DNA of 64,000 nt. Origin: Escherichia coli (GTDB taxonomy: Bacteria; Pseudomonadota; Gammaproteobacteria; Enterobacterales; Enterobacteriaceae). Location of the stretch: NCBI RefSeq assembly GCF_024502345.1, contig NZ_JALDNN010000001.1, one strand, 5' to 3'. Positions 1 to 8,822 of this stretch are shown here, in pieces (the first letter of the stretch is position 1; every line of letters starts with the position of its first letter). Both the position numbers and the translations under genes were made by a program. The notes under the pieces are model-generated. The model did not search any database. It saw only the letters and a list, made by a program, of their open reading frames with translations, and had not been told where the DNA came from.

Positions 1-1
1 T

Positions 2-193
2 CGTCGCAACGCTGGCGTCATCCTGAACACGCTCAACCAGAAGCGTAATGAGGCGGTTGGTAAGTACGTTCAGCAAAACGGTATCAAGCGAGTGGAAGCG
101 CCTCAGGCTTCTATAGATTACCTGAAGCAGCACCCCGAGCTGTCAATCGACTTCATTAATCGCTACGGATATCTTCCATCTTTGGGGCAGTAA
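2..193 (+). CDS. 3' end of a phage structural/ejection-type gene, truncated by the window edge
   Basis: Frame 2 is open from the window edge to a TAA at 191-193; the stop abuts the next gene's ATG (TAAATG), suggesting translational coupling. No family assignment possible from 63 aa. Confidence 0.35.
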   Translation, partial: RRNAGVILNTLNQKRNEAVGKYVQQNGIKRVEAPQASIDYLKQHPELSIDFINRYGYLPSLGQ

Positions 194-649
194 ATGGCTA
201 ATTACCGTGATTTGTTAGAGCAGGCTGGCGCACGTTACGGTGTGCCAGAAGGGTTGATGACTGCACTGGGTGCCAAGGAGTCTTCTTACAACCCTGCCGC
301 AGTAAGCTCCGCCGGGGCTGTAGGATTGACTCAGGTCATGCCTGGGACATGGCGTGATATGGGTTATACCGATGAGCAAATGCAAAACCCCGAATATCAA
401 GCTGACGCTGGCGCGCGCTATCTGGCAAAGATGTACCAGCAGTTTGGTAACTGGCGTGACGCTCTTCAGGCTTATCACGACGGTCCCGGCAACGTTATGA
501 AGGCAAAGCGTGGTGAATATACGCCAGGACCTGAAGGCCGCGGTTACGTTGATGATCGCTTTGCTCAATGGGCGGGTGACCCGGTGACAGACTCAACAGT
601 CGAACAGCGCGCCACCTCTGCAAAGGTACCTTTGCTGATTGTTATCTGA
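194..649 (+). CDS. Phage lytic transglycosylase (SLT-domain) protein, probably virion/ejection-associated
   Basis: 151-aa ORF with the SLT signature (GAKESSYNPAAVSSAGAVGLTQVMP, catalytic Glu-Ser context); sits in the prophage late region upstream of the mnt/tailspike module. Confidence 0.7.
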   Translation: MANYRDLLEQAGARYGVPEGLMTALGAKESSYNPAAVSSAGAVGLTQVMPGTWRDMGYTDEQMQNPEYQADAGARYLAKMYQQFGNWRDALQAYHDGPGNVMKAKRGEYTPGPEGRGYVDDRFAQWAGDPVTDSTVEQRATSAKVPLLIVI

Positions 650-1163
650 TGTTACTGCTACTGTTGCATGTTACCGTGTTTCCAAATCCTGAATTGCAGT
701 TTGTATATGTGTCAACGCGTGTTGGGTAAGGTTGAGTTATAACAGGCTGGCGCGCTTTTTGCTCGATCGCTTGCATTGTGTTTACAGCCTGATAATTCAA
801 TAAAGCCTGCTGGAATGCTTGGCTTTGTGCTATTTGTTGGGCTTGTTCTTGGCTTTGTAATTGAACATAAAGATTCTGAAGCTCAAGTCTTGCCTGTGCG
901 TCACTTATCTTGCCTTCATCGACACCTTGCCCGAGCATCTTTGCAGCAAGGACATACAGCTTAGGTGTTGGTGCTGATGCCATGCGTGAGTCGTTCTTCA
1001 CACTGGCATCAAGGCAATTAGCCATATCGCTAAGCTTTTGATAGCGTTGTTCGCAACTTGCTTGATAGTCACTTACTTTTGCGCATCCAACCAGCAGAAG
1101 CGGGATAATTAACAGTGATTTTTTCATATGGTTAACTCTCCTTAGTTTTTCACAGGATATCAT
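642..1163 (-). CDS. Prophage-encoded lipoprotein, candidate superinfection-exclusion or moron protein
   Basis: 173-aa ORF with an N-terminal signal peptide and lipobox (MKKSLLIIPLLLVG-C), followed by a Gln-rich, coiled-coil-like segment; RBS-like GGAGAG upstream; lies where sieA sits in P22 (next to mnt). Confidence 0.6.
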   Translation of the reverse strand: MISCEKLRRVNHMKKSLLIIPLLLVGCAKVSDYQASCEQRYQKLSDMANCLDASVKNDSRMASAPTPKLYVLAAKMLGQGVDEGKISDAQARLELQNLYVQLQSQEQAQQIAQSQAFQQALLNYQAVNTMQAIEQKARQPVITQPYPTRVDTYTNCNSGFGNTVTCNSSSNIR

Positions 1164-1197
1164 GAAGGCTATGCCATTTTAGCCGGAAACTAGATTT

Positions 1198-1497
1198 CTA
1201 TGTTTCCTTTTTATTATTGCTATACATGGTCTTAAGCGTTTCAAATACCATTTTCTTAACCATATCAGATTGTTGTTCTGCCATACGCTCTGCATCATCA
1301 ATGTAAACGGATGCAGAGCTTTGTTTAGCCAACGATTCTTCAATCGCTGCAATTATCTCTGAGTTCAGAGATCTGTTATTCATCTTCGCACGCTGCTTAA
1401 TTTTCGCGTGGAGTTCATGCGGAAGTCTCAAGTGAAACTGCGCCTCATCGTATTTGCTGTACATCCTTGATGCCTCACCAGTTGGGTGGAATGGCAT
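1198..1497 (-). CDS. mnt: Mnt-like ribbon-helix-helix repressor (Arc/MetJ superfamily)
   Basis: C-terminal segment [26 protein letters not shown] closely parallels P22 Mnt as I recall it, and the N-terminal RHH motif ([28 protein letters not shown]) is present. The true start may be the internal Met (MYSKYDE, ~1464). Divergent from the tailspike gene. Confidence 0.7.
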   Translation of the reverse strand: MPFHPTGEASRMYSKYDEAQFHLRLPHELHAKIKQRAKMNNRSLNSEIIAAIEESLAKQSSASVYIDDAERMAEQQSDMVKKMVFETLKTMYSNNKKET

Positions 1498-1584
1498 CGT
1501 AACCTACTGGATAAATACTCAATAGTACCATTTCGGTATGCAATCACATCATGGTTGCATCATATCATCGTCTGGAGCAATGAA

Positions 1585-1725
1585 ATGTCAGATATCACCG
1601 CAAATGTTGTGGTAAGCATGCCTTCGCAACTCTTCACTATGGCGCGTTCTTTTAAAGCGGTTGCCAATGGTAAAATTTATATCGGTAAAATTGACACTGA
1701 CCCGGTAAATCCTGAAAACCAGATT
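1585..1725 (+). pseudogene. P22-type tailspike gene, 5' fragment (head-binding domain), cut off by an IS insertion
   Basis: [47 protein letters not shown] matches the P22 gp9 N-terminus almost residue for residue; the frame then runs into IS-end sequence and stops. Confidence 0.8.
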
Positions 1726-1761
1726 GATCTTGACCCTCCATCTCCGAACAGCTTTTGTATC

Positions 1762-2643
1762 TTAAGTTAACGATGTCCGCTGCCGCCGGTATTCCCTCGG
1801 GGAGTGATATCCCAGCGCGCTGTGCGGGTGGTTTTCATTGTAATGCGTGAACGCTACTGCAAGGTTTCGCAGTGCTGTTCTCACATCCGGTTTTGGCATG
1901 AACGCGATATAGTCTTCTTTCATCGTTTTCACGAACCGTTCGGCCATGCCATTACTCTGCGGGCTGCTCACCGCTGTTGTGCAGGGCTCCAGATTCAGCT
2001 CTCTCGCGAACCTCCGCGTTTCATACGCGGTATACGCTGAACCGTTATCCGTCAGCCACTGCACCGCTGTGTCGGGCAACCTGTCGCCGAAGCGCTTTTC
2101 CACCGACCTCAGCATCACATCCTGCACGGTCGAACTGTCATAGCCTCCCGTGCTTGCTGCCCAGTCTATGGCCTCACGGTCGCAGCAGTCCAGCGCGAAC
2201 GTTACCCGCAGTTTTTCGCCGTTGTCGCAGCCGAACTCGAAGCCATCTGAACACCAGCGCATATCGCTTTCTGCCACCGCTATCTTGCCCTTATGTTCAC
2301 GCTTCGGTCGCTCTGGTTTGTGATGCAACAACAACAGGTTATGCTCGCTCATTATCCTGTAAAGCCGTTTGGCATTCACAGGTGGCTGTCCCTCTGTGCG
2401 ACGTTGCTTGCGCAGGATGCCCCACACGCGTCGATAACCATAACTCGGCATATCGCTGATAATGTTGAGGATAGCCGACAGTATTTCTGCGTCTGCTTCT
2501 TCATTACGCCGGTTACAGCGCCTGTCCTGCCAGTCGGCAGAACGGTTAATCCGCAGTGACAGTTGCGCACGCGACACGCCCATGGTCCGGCTGACCATGG
2601 CTATTCCCCGTCCTTTGGCAACAAGGGCGCGTGCGCTATCCAT
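1762..2643 (-). CDS. IS transposase OrfB (DDE integrase-like catalytic domain), IS2 InsD homologue
   Basis: 293 aa; motifs shared with IS2 InsD ([55 protein letters not shown]). Confidence 0.85.
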   Translation of the reverse strand: MDSARALVAKGRGIAMVSRTMGVSRAQLSLRINRSADWQDRRCNRRNEEADAEILSAILNIISDMPSYGYRRVWGILRKQRRTEGQPPVNAKRLYRIMSEHNLLLLHHKPERPKREHKGKIAVAESDMRWCSDGFEFGCDNGEKLRVTFALDCCDREAIDWAASTGGYDSSTVQDVMLRSVEKRFGDRLPDTAVQWLTDNGSAYTAYETRRFARELNLEPCTTAVSSPQSNGMAERFVKTMKEDYIAFMPKPDVRTALRNLAVAFTHYNENHPHSALGYHSPREYRRQRTSLT

Positions 2644-2996
2644 TTTCGCGACTGACCGTACTCCACGGCTTCTTTCAGGATCTCAACTTCCATCGTTTTC
2701 TTGCCCAGAAGGCGCTGAAGCTCCCGGACCTGCTTCAGAGCAGCAGTAAGCTCAGAAGCAGGAACGACTTCCTCTCCAGCCGCAACGGCGGTGAGGCTGC
2801 CTTCCTGATATTGCTTCTTCCACTTAAACAGCAGGCTGGGCTGGATACCATGCAGGCGGGCGACATGGGAGACATTCATACCCGGCTCCATCGTCTGCTG
2901 GATAATGGCGATCTTCTCCTGAGGAGTTTTACGTTTACGGACTTCTTGCCCTAACAGGATCCCGGTCATCTCAAAATTGGCGTTAGTGTTAGACAT
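2601..2996 (-). CDS. IS transposase OrfA (HTH DNA-binding), IS2 InsC homologue
   Basis: 131 aa; [61 protein letters not shown] closely parallels IS2 InsC; overlaps OrfB in the -1 frame. Confidence 0.85.
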   Translation of the reverse strand: MSNTNANFEMTGILLGQEVRKRKTPQEKIAIIQQTMEPGMNVSHVARLHGIQPSLLFKWKKQYQEGSLTAVAAGEEVVPASELTAALKQVRELQRLLGKKTMEVEILKEAVEYGQSRKWIAHAPLLPKDGE

Positions 2997-3060
2997 ATAT
3001 TCAAGCCTATCTCTTATCTGGAGATACAGCTACTGTCCGGTGTTTCAGGGGGCTACATCA

Positions 3061-5026
3061 TCCTGAAAACCAGATTCAGGTTTATGTGGAGAATGAGGAT
3101 GGTTCTCACGTTCCTGTTTCGCAGCCAATCATCATTAACGCCGCTGGTTATCCTGTATATAACGGACAGATTGCCAAGTTCGTAACTGTGCAAGGCCACT
3201 CTATGGCTGTTTATGATGCATATGGTGCGCAGCAGTTTTATTTCCCTAATGTGCTGAAATACGACCCTGATCAGTTAAGGAAGGAAATTACATCCACAGG
3301 GAAAGGAAAAGGTGCGGATATGATCCCCCTTCAGCAGGGTGGAACAGTTCAAAGTGCTATATATTATGTTACGCCATCATCGGCAGGAATAACTGGTGAT
3401 GGGACAGATGAAGGAGAAAAATTAATCTATTTGCTAAATAGATATGATGGGTATGTTATCGACCTGTCTGGAATGACAATTAAAACAAGCGAGATGATTA
3501 GTGTTGTTTTCAACAAAAAAACAACAATAAGAAATGGAACTATTATCTATACTGGAGCAGTAAGTCCATTTGTTTTAAAAATAACGTGCTCATCCGTTCT
3601 TTCCATAGAGGATATTGCCATTGACGGCAAGAACAATGCTGCAAAGCTACTCTATGCGCTTTCATCCGATAACAACGCAAAAATATCTATTTCAGGCTAT
3701 TCTGGAAGAAACGCTAGGGAAGCAATTGACACAGGATTATCAACTGCTGCATATATTACGGCAGGCTCATTGTTTAGATGGAAAGAGATTAGGCTGTCAG
3801 ATTCCTCAGCTTATGATATTTCAAGCTCAGGTGGTTCTAATGTTGGTCGCGGGTTTATGGTTCAAAACTTTGAATATTGCTATGTTAGGAATATTTCAGT
3901 ATTCCGAGTTGGACCATATCAGGATGCGGATGGGATATATGCATCATCCCCTAACTATTTATCAGCAGTATTTGATATTAGTGATTCGTATTTTGAAGAC
4001 TGCCAGAAGAGATCAGTCAAATCACAGATAATGAACTCTCGGGTGAGCAATATTGTAGAGCGGCGCACACAGGCCTTTGCTGTTGCTGCTGGGCAGTCAG
4101 CAGTAGACTTGCAGGCAGGAGGTTCTCTAGACGGACTTAGTTGCTTCTATGCTGACGGAGCAGCCCCACAGTCAATCGTTTCAGGTGGTCTTGTCAGTGG
4201 AGCACCGACATTTCGAGGTATTTCTTTGCGAAATATTGACGTCAACTGCGAAGATCCGTCAGATATTATCTCTCGTCTGGTATCATTTTATAATAACTCG
4301 CCGAATACATATGATGGTTACATTGCTGAAAATATAAAATGTAATGCCATAATAGAGAATGTTGGATTTCTGTATAGCAATACAGGAAACACAAATTTTA
4401 ATGTATATCTCTTCAAAGAGGTTATCTTCAGAAACATTCAGTCGTCAGGAATGGCAGGAACGGTGCCAACTGCTGTAATTCAAATAAGCAGAGGTTCCTC
4501 TGCGTATGTGAAGGCTATAGTACGGGTGCAAAACCTCAATCTTGGCGATGGAAATATCGCACCATTGTATTATCTTGACCCATTGCCAGGGGTTACAACT
4601 TTTCTTGATGTTTTATTTCGTCAAGTAAGTAATTGCAGAGGGTTTGATACGCTAACTAACGTAAATTCCGATACATCTCAACGCATCTATGCAGTAACTG
4701 CAGACGTAGCTGAAAATGAATCTACAACACTTTTAATACCAATAAAGACAACAAATGGAAAAACGGCAGTAAAAATATCTGTAATGTATAACTCAAACAG
4801 GGATGAGCATGCAGCAAAGCTATTCACAGAAGGATACTGGTTCTTCGGGTTATCATTGCCATATTATATAGAATCAGTCGCTGGAGTAAAAACACAAACA
4901 AACGTTGGATCTATCGTGGTCACAGTTGCTGAAAACAATTTAGTTGTAAAAAAAATCGCTGGAACCACCGCTGCAAGCGGGCGGATGACAGTGATTATTG
5001 AGCATATATCATGCGTGAATATGTAG
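3061..5026 (+). pseudogene. P22-type tailspike gene, 3' portion (rest of head-binding domain plus a divergent beta-helix receptor-binding domain)
   Basis: Resumes …(PENQI)[50 protein letters not shown]… matching P22 gp9 residues ~45-110, then diverges; the six-frame ORF (3086..5026) starts at an internal Met. AT-rich relative to the flanks. Confidence 0.75.
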
Positions 5027-5160
5027 GTTAATCTGATAAATTGGGAATGGATTGGTTGCAGAATGGCGCCCTCTGTGAGACATCTGCTGCATTAGGAGTG
5101 ATAACATACATCATCAACGATGCGATGTGAGTTTGATTATTGCACGGTTTATAGGTGGCG

Positions 5161-6318
5161 CTATGCCACCCTCTCATCAATCCAGTCCGCCCACCACTGC
5201 ATCATTTCTCTGCGCTTATCGAGATACTGAGCATGGTTGTAAATCCCACGCACAGATCCGCCGTTGGCATGTGCCAGTTGCACTTCAATAGCGTCAGCAG
5301 GCCATTCGTGCTCGTTCATAATCGTGCTGAATTCATGTCTGAATCCGTGACCGCTATCCAGACCCTCATAGCCGATTTGTTTGATCACAAGTAGCACCGC
5401 GTTCTCGCAGATTGGCTTCTTCTTATCGTTGCGCCCGGCAAAAACAAATTCTGATACTGGTTTGGTGATGGAGCTTAACGTAGTGAGAAGTTCAACCACC
5501 TGGTCTGACATCGGGACCACATGAATTTTGCGTCCTTTCATCACACTGGCGTCGATGGTGATAATCCTGTTTTCAAAATCGACGTTCTTCCATAGCATAG
5601 AACGAAGCTCTTTCGTTCTTAGGGCTGTGTAGCGTAAAACTTTGGTCGCAATGAGCGATACAATACTTCCTGAAAATGTTGCCAGTGCTTTGTTGAATGC
5701 CGGGATCTGGTCTGCAGGAAGAAACGGGAAGTTCTTCTTGCGGTATCCCTTCATGGCGTCAGCAAGGTCAGGTGCCGGGTTATATTTAGCCCTACCAGTA
5801 ACAATAGCGTAACGGAAAACCTCGCCGCATCTTCTGCGGGCTTTGTTGGCTCTCTCCATTGCGCCGCGATCTTCAAATCTGCGGATTACTTCCAGCAGTT
5901 GCATCGGCTCAATATCCTGAATTTCAAGGCCGCCGATGATGGGTAAAATGTCGTCATCAAACATTTTGGCAAGTTCAGTTGCATAGCCTACTGACCAGAC
6001 TTGCTTCTTGTGCTCGTACCACTCCTTGTAAATCGCACTAAATGAATTGTTGTTAGACGAAGCCTTTTTCGCCTTTACCGGATCGATGCCAACCGAGATG
6101 TCTTTCCTCGCAGTCCATGCCTTATCCCTTGCTTCCTGCAAAGTCATAAGCGGATATTTTCCGACGGTCAGGATTTTCTCCTTACCGTCAATCTTGTAGC
6201 GAAGCTGCCATACCTTTTTCCCGGATACAGGAACATAAAGGTACAGGCCATTACCATCGAGAAGGCGGTATGGTTTTTCTTTCGGCTTTGCTGCTTCAAT
6301 CTGCTTAACGGTGAGCAT
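5161..6318 (-). CDS. intS: Prophage integrase, tyrosine recombinase (IntS / CPS-53 type)
   Basis: Near-identical by eye to E. coli IntS as I recall it (MLTVKQIEAAKPKEKPYRLLDGNGLYLYVPVSGKKVWQLRYKIDGKEK…HGFRHEF…); next to the tRNA. An in-frame upstream ATG at 6354 would give 397 aa; the annotated start is probably the MLTVKQ Met. Confidence 0.9.
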   Translation of the reverse strand: MLTVKQIEAAKPKEKPYRLLDGNGLYLYVPVSGKKVWQLRYKIDGKEKILTVGKYPLMTLQEARDKAWTARKDISVGIDPVKAKKASSNNNSFSAIYKEWYEHKKQVWSVGYATELAKMFDDDILPIIGGLEIQDIEPMQLLEVIRRFEDRGAMERANKARRRCGEVFRYAIVTGRAKYNPAPDLADAMKGYRKKNFPFLPADQIPAFNKALATFSGSIVSLIATKVLRYTALRTKELRSMLWKNVDFENRIITIDASVMKGRKIHVVPMSDQVVELLTTLSSITKPVSEFVFAGRNDKKKPICENAVLLVIKQIGYEGLDSGHGFRHEFSTIMNEHEWPADAIEVQLAHANGGSVRGIYNHAQYLDKRREMMQWWADWIDERVA

Positions 6319-6479
6319 GGGTAAAAATCCGGTGGGTAAAATTATTTTATCCACTTTTTACCCGTCATGGAGTGCGGCTGTCAACGATCTGAAGCGAACC
6401 ATGACGAACTGTTAGTTTCCGGGAGGCTTGATATTCTGGGGATTTTACGGACTGGTACGGATGGGAGCGAACTGATAAA

Positions 6480-6554
6480 TGGTGTCCCCTGCAGGAATCG
6501 AACCTGCAATTAGCCCTTAGGAGGGGCTCGTTATATCCATTTAACTAAGAGGAC
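6480..6554 (-). tRNA. argW: tRNA-Arg (anticodon CCU); prophage attachment site
   Basis: Reverse complement reads GTCCTCTTAGTTAAATGGATATAACGAGCCCCTCCTAAGGGCTAATTGCAGGTTCGATTCCTGCAGGGGACACCA, with a CCT anticodon in the loop, T-arm GGTTCGATTCC and 3' CCA. Confidence 0.9.
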
Positions 6555-6629
6555 AATGCGGCATGAGTATACCCGCTAATGGACTGCGGGGTAAGTACGC
6601 TGCCGCTCGATTGCTTAAACCCTCGCCAT

Positions 6630-7562
6630 TTATGCCGGGTTTTTATCATTTTTCTTAATGTTTTCCGCACGTTCTGCTTTTTGGCGTGCTTCTGCTTTGC
6701 GCTTGTTGCTCATGTCGTTACGGATCTGTGCATGACTCATTAACGCGAAGATAAAGGTGCCGCCGCAGATGTTCCCCGCTAAAGTAGGTAGTGCGAAGGG
6801 CCAGATGAAATCGCTCCAGTGCAGCGTACCGTTAAACACCAGATAGAGGATTTCAACAGAACCGACAACGATGTGAGTGGTGTCACCCAGGGCAATAAGC
6901 CAAGTCATCAATATAATCACCACAATCTTTGCCGCACCCGCTGCAGGAAACATCCATACCATAGTGGCGATCAGCCAGCCGGAAATGATCGCGTTGGCAA
7001 ACATCTCGCTGGGGGTGTTCTTCATCACATCCATGCCGATTTTGACAAATGCATCGCGAGTTTCTTCATTGAAGATTGGCATATATTCAAATGCCCACGC
7101 CGCAATACCTGTCCCGAGAATATTACCCAGCAGCACGACGCCCCATAACCGCATAAGTAAGCCAACGTTGCTCATTGTCGGTTTTTGCATGACGGGTAGT
7201 ACCGCAGTTACGGTGTTTTCGGTAAATAATTGCTGGCGGGCCATAATGACGATAATAAAACCAAAGGTATAACCGAGATTCTCCAGCAAGAAGCTGCCCG
7301 GCACACCTTCCAGTTCGACATGAAATATCCCTTTTGCCAGTAATGAAGCGCCCATCGACAGACCCGCCGCAATGGCTGACCACAGTAGTGCCATTGCGTC
7401 GCGTTCCAGCTCTTTTTCACCATCCTGGCGGATATGCTCATGAATTGCCATCGCCCGGGAGGGGAGTCGATCTTCATCTATTTCTATTTTTTTGCCACGC
7501 TCTTTTTCTTCGCTCTCAACTTCAATTTCGTCGCTGTGTTGATCAATTTTGTCGTTGTCCAT
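6630..7562 (-). CDS. yfdC: Formate/nitrite transporter (FNT) family inner-membrane protein
   Basis: 310-aa ORF, multi-pass membrane protein with an acidic N-terminus; conserved position between argW and mlaA. Confidence 0.85.
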   Translation of the reverse strand: MDNDKIDQHSDEIEVESEEKERGKKIEIDEDRLPSRAMAIHEHIRQDGEKELERDAMALLWSAIAAGLSMGASLLAKGIFHVELEGVPGSFLLENLGYTFGFIIVIMARQQLFTENTVTAVLPVMQKPTMSNVGLLMRLWGVVLLGNILGTGIAAWAFEYMPIFNEETRDAFVKIGMDVMKNTPSEMFANAIISGWLIATMVWMFPAAGAAKIVVIILMTWLIALGDTTHIVVGSVEILYLVFNGTLHWSDFIWPFALPTLAGNICGGTFIFALMSHAQIRNDMSNKRKAEARQKAERAENIKKNDKNPA

Positions 7563-7855
7563 GGTCTCTTCTCTTGAATTAGCACGTATAGCTAAAGCGT
7601 AGCGGCTTTTTTGCTCGCAACTGGCGGGAGTTACTCTGAAAATGAAGAAAAGGCCGCGATTGCCTTTTTCTGTTTCTATAGAATCAAGTAGCCTACAGGG
7701 CGGCGATTACCAGGCTATGATCAAATCAGCAAATCAGGGCGTCTGGACATCAGTTGACGTGCTGTTACAATCGCCCACACCTAAACAGGCGGATACGGTA
7801 TCGTTCCGTCATGGATGGCAAACTGCATAAGCCATAAAAAAACAGGGAGACATTT

Positions 7856-8611
7856 ATGAAGCTTCGCCTGTCGGCGCTTGCTCTGGGAACTACGCTTCTG
7901 GTGGGGTGTGCGAGTTCCGGTACAGATCAGCAAGGGCGTTCTGACCCGTTAGAAGGGTTCAACCGCACCATGTACAACTTCAACTTCAACGTACTAGACC
8001 CGTATATTGTTCGACCGGTCGCTGTCGCCTGGCGTGATTATGTTCCGCAACCGGCGCGTAACGGTTTGAGCAACTTTACCGGCAACCTTGAAGAACCCGC
8101 GGTGATGGTGAACTACTTCTTGCAGGGCGACCCTTATCAGGGGATGGTCCACTTTACCCGCTTTTTCCTGAACACCATTTTGGGGATGGGTGGTTTTATT
8201 GATGTTGCAGGGATGGCGAACCCGAAACTGCAACGGACTGAACCTCACCGCTTCGGTAGTACGCTTGGTCATTATGGCGTGGGTTATGGGCCTTACGTCC
8301 AGTTACCGTTCTACGGTAGCTTCACGCTGCGTGATGACGGTGGTGATATGGCGGATGGTCTTTACCCGGTTCTTTCCTGGCTGACCTGGCCGATGTCTGT
8401 GGGTAAATGGACGCTTGAAGGGATAGAAACTCGTGCGCAGTTGTTGGATTCCGACGGTCTGCTGCGTCAGTCGTCCGATCCTTATATTATGGTGCGCGAA
8501 GCGTACTTCCAGCGTCATGATTTCATCGCTAATGGCGGCGAACTCAAACCGCAGGAAAATCCGAACGCGCAAGCGATTCAGGATGATTTAAAAGATATCG
8601 ATTCTGAATAA
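7856..8611 (+). CDS. mlaA: Outer-membrane lipoprotein MlaA (VacJ), phospholipid asymmetry maintenance
   Basis: 251 aa; signal peptide with lipobox (LLVG-C); RBS AGGGAGA upstream. Confidence 0.9.
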   Translation: MKLRLSALALGTTLLVGCASSGTDQQGRSDPLEGFNRTMYNFNFNVLDPYIVRPVAVAWRDYVPQPARNGLSNFTGNLEEPAVMVNYFLQGDPYQGMVHFTRFFLNTILGMGGFIDVAGMANPKLQRTEPHRFGSTLGHYGVGYGPYVQLPFYGSFTLRDDGGDMADGLYPVLSWLTWPMSVGKWTLEGIETRAQLLDSDGLLRQSSDPYIMVREAYFQRHDFIANGGELKPQENPNAQAIQDDLKDIDSE

Positions 8612-8626
8612 GAAACAAATAAAAAA

Positions 8627-8655
8627 GGTGAGTCGCAATACTCACCTTTTTTGTT
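8627..8655. terminator. Rho-independent terminator between convergent mlaA and the yfdF-like gene
   Basis: Hairpin GGTGAGT-cgcaata-CTCACC flanked by an A-tract upstream and a T-tract downstream. Confidence 0.5.
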
Positions 8656-8822
8656 GTTATCCCTCAATTACCACAAGTAAAAGGAGATAAACCGACAATG
8701 ACCCGGACGTAATTATGTAAAAATACTGATGTTCGTCACTGACTATTTCCGATATTCAGCTGTTGAAAAATCAAAAAACTGGAAAAATAATTTTAAATAT
8801 CATCAAAATTAACACCTAGCGC

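Larger units (their letters stand above)
1726..3060 (-). mobile_element. IS3-family (IS2-group) insertion sequence, ~1.33 kb, inserted in the tailspike gene
   Basis: Two overlapping ORFs homologous to IS2 InsC/InsD in -1 frame arrangement; imperfect terminal inverted repeats resembling IS2 ends (…GCCCCCTGAA… at the right end); flanked by a 15-17 bp direct repeat. Ends accurate to about ±2 bp. Confidence 0.85.

Noticed and set aside
1486-1770. 94-aa ORF called as a separate gene
   Set aside because: It is the 5' fragment of the tailspike gene (true start at the internal Met, 1585) fused to IS-end sequence, not an independent gene.
6319-6479. Second att-core copy or other prophage boundary within the window
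   Set aside because: I could not find another copy of the argW 3' segment in the window; the distal prophage end must lie upstream of position 1.
7642-7830. 62-aa ORF in the yfdC-mlaA intergenic region
   Set aside because: No RBS and no recognisable features; it lies in a promoter region and is likely spurious.
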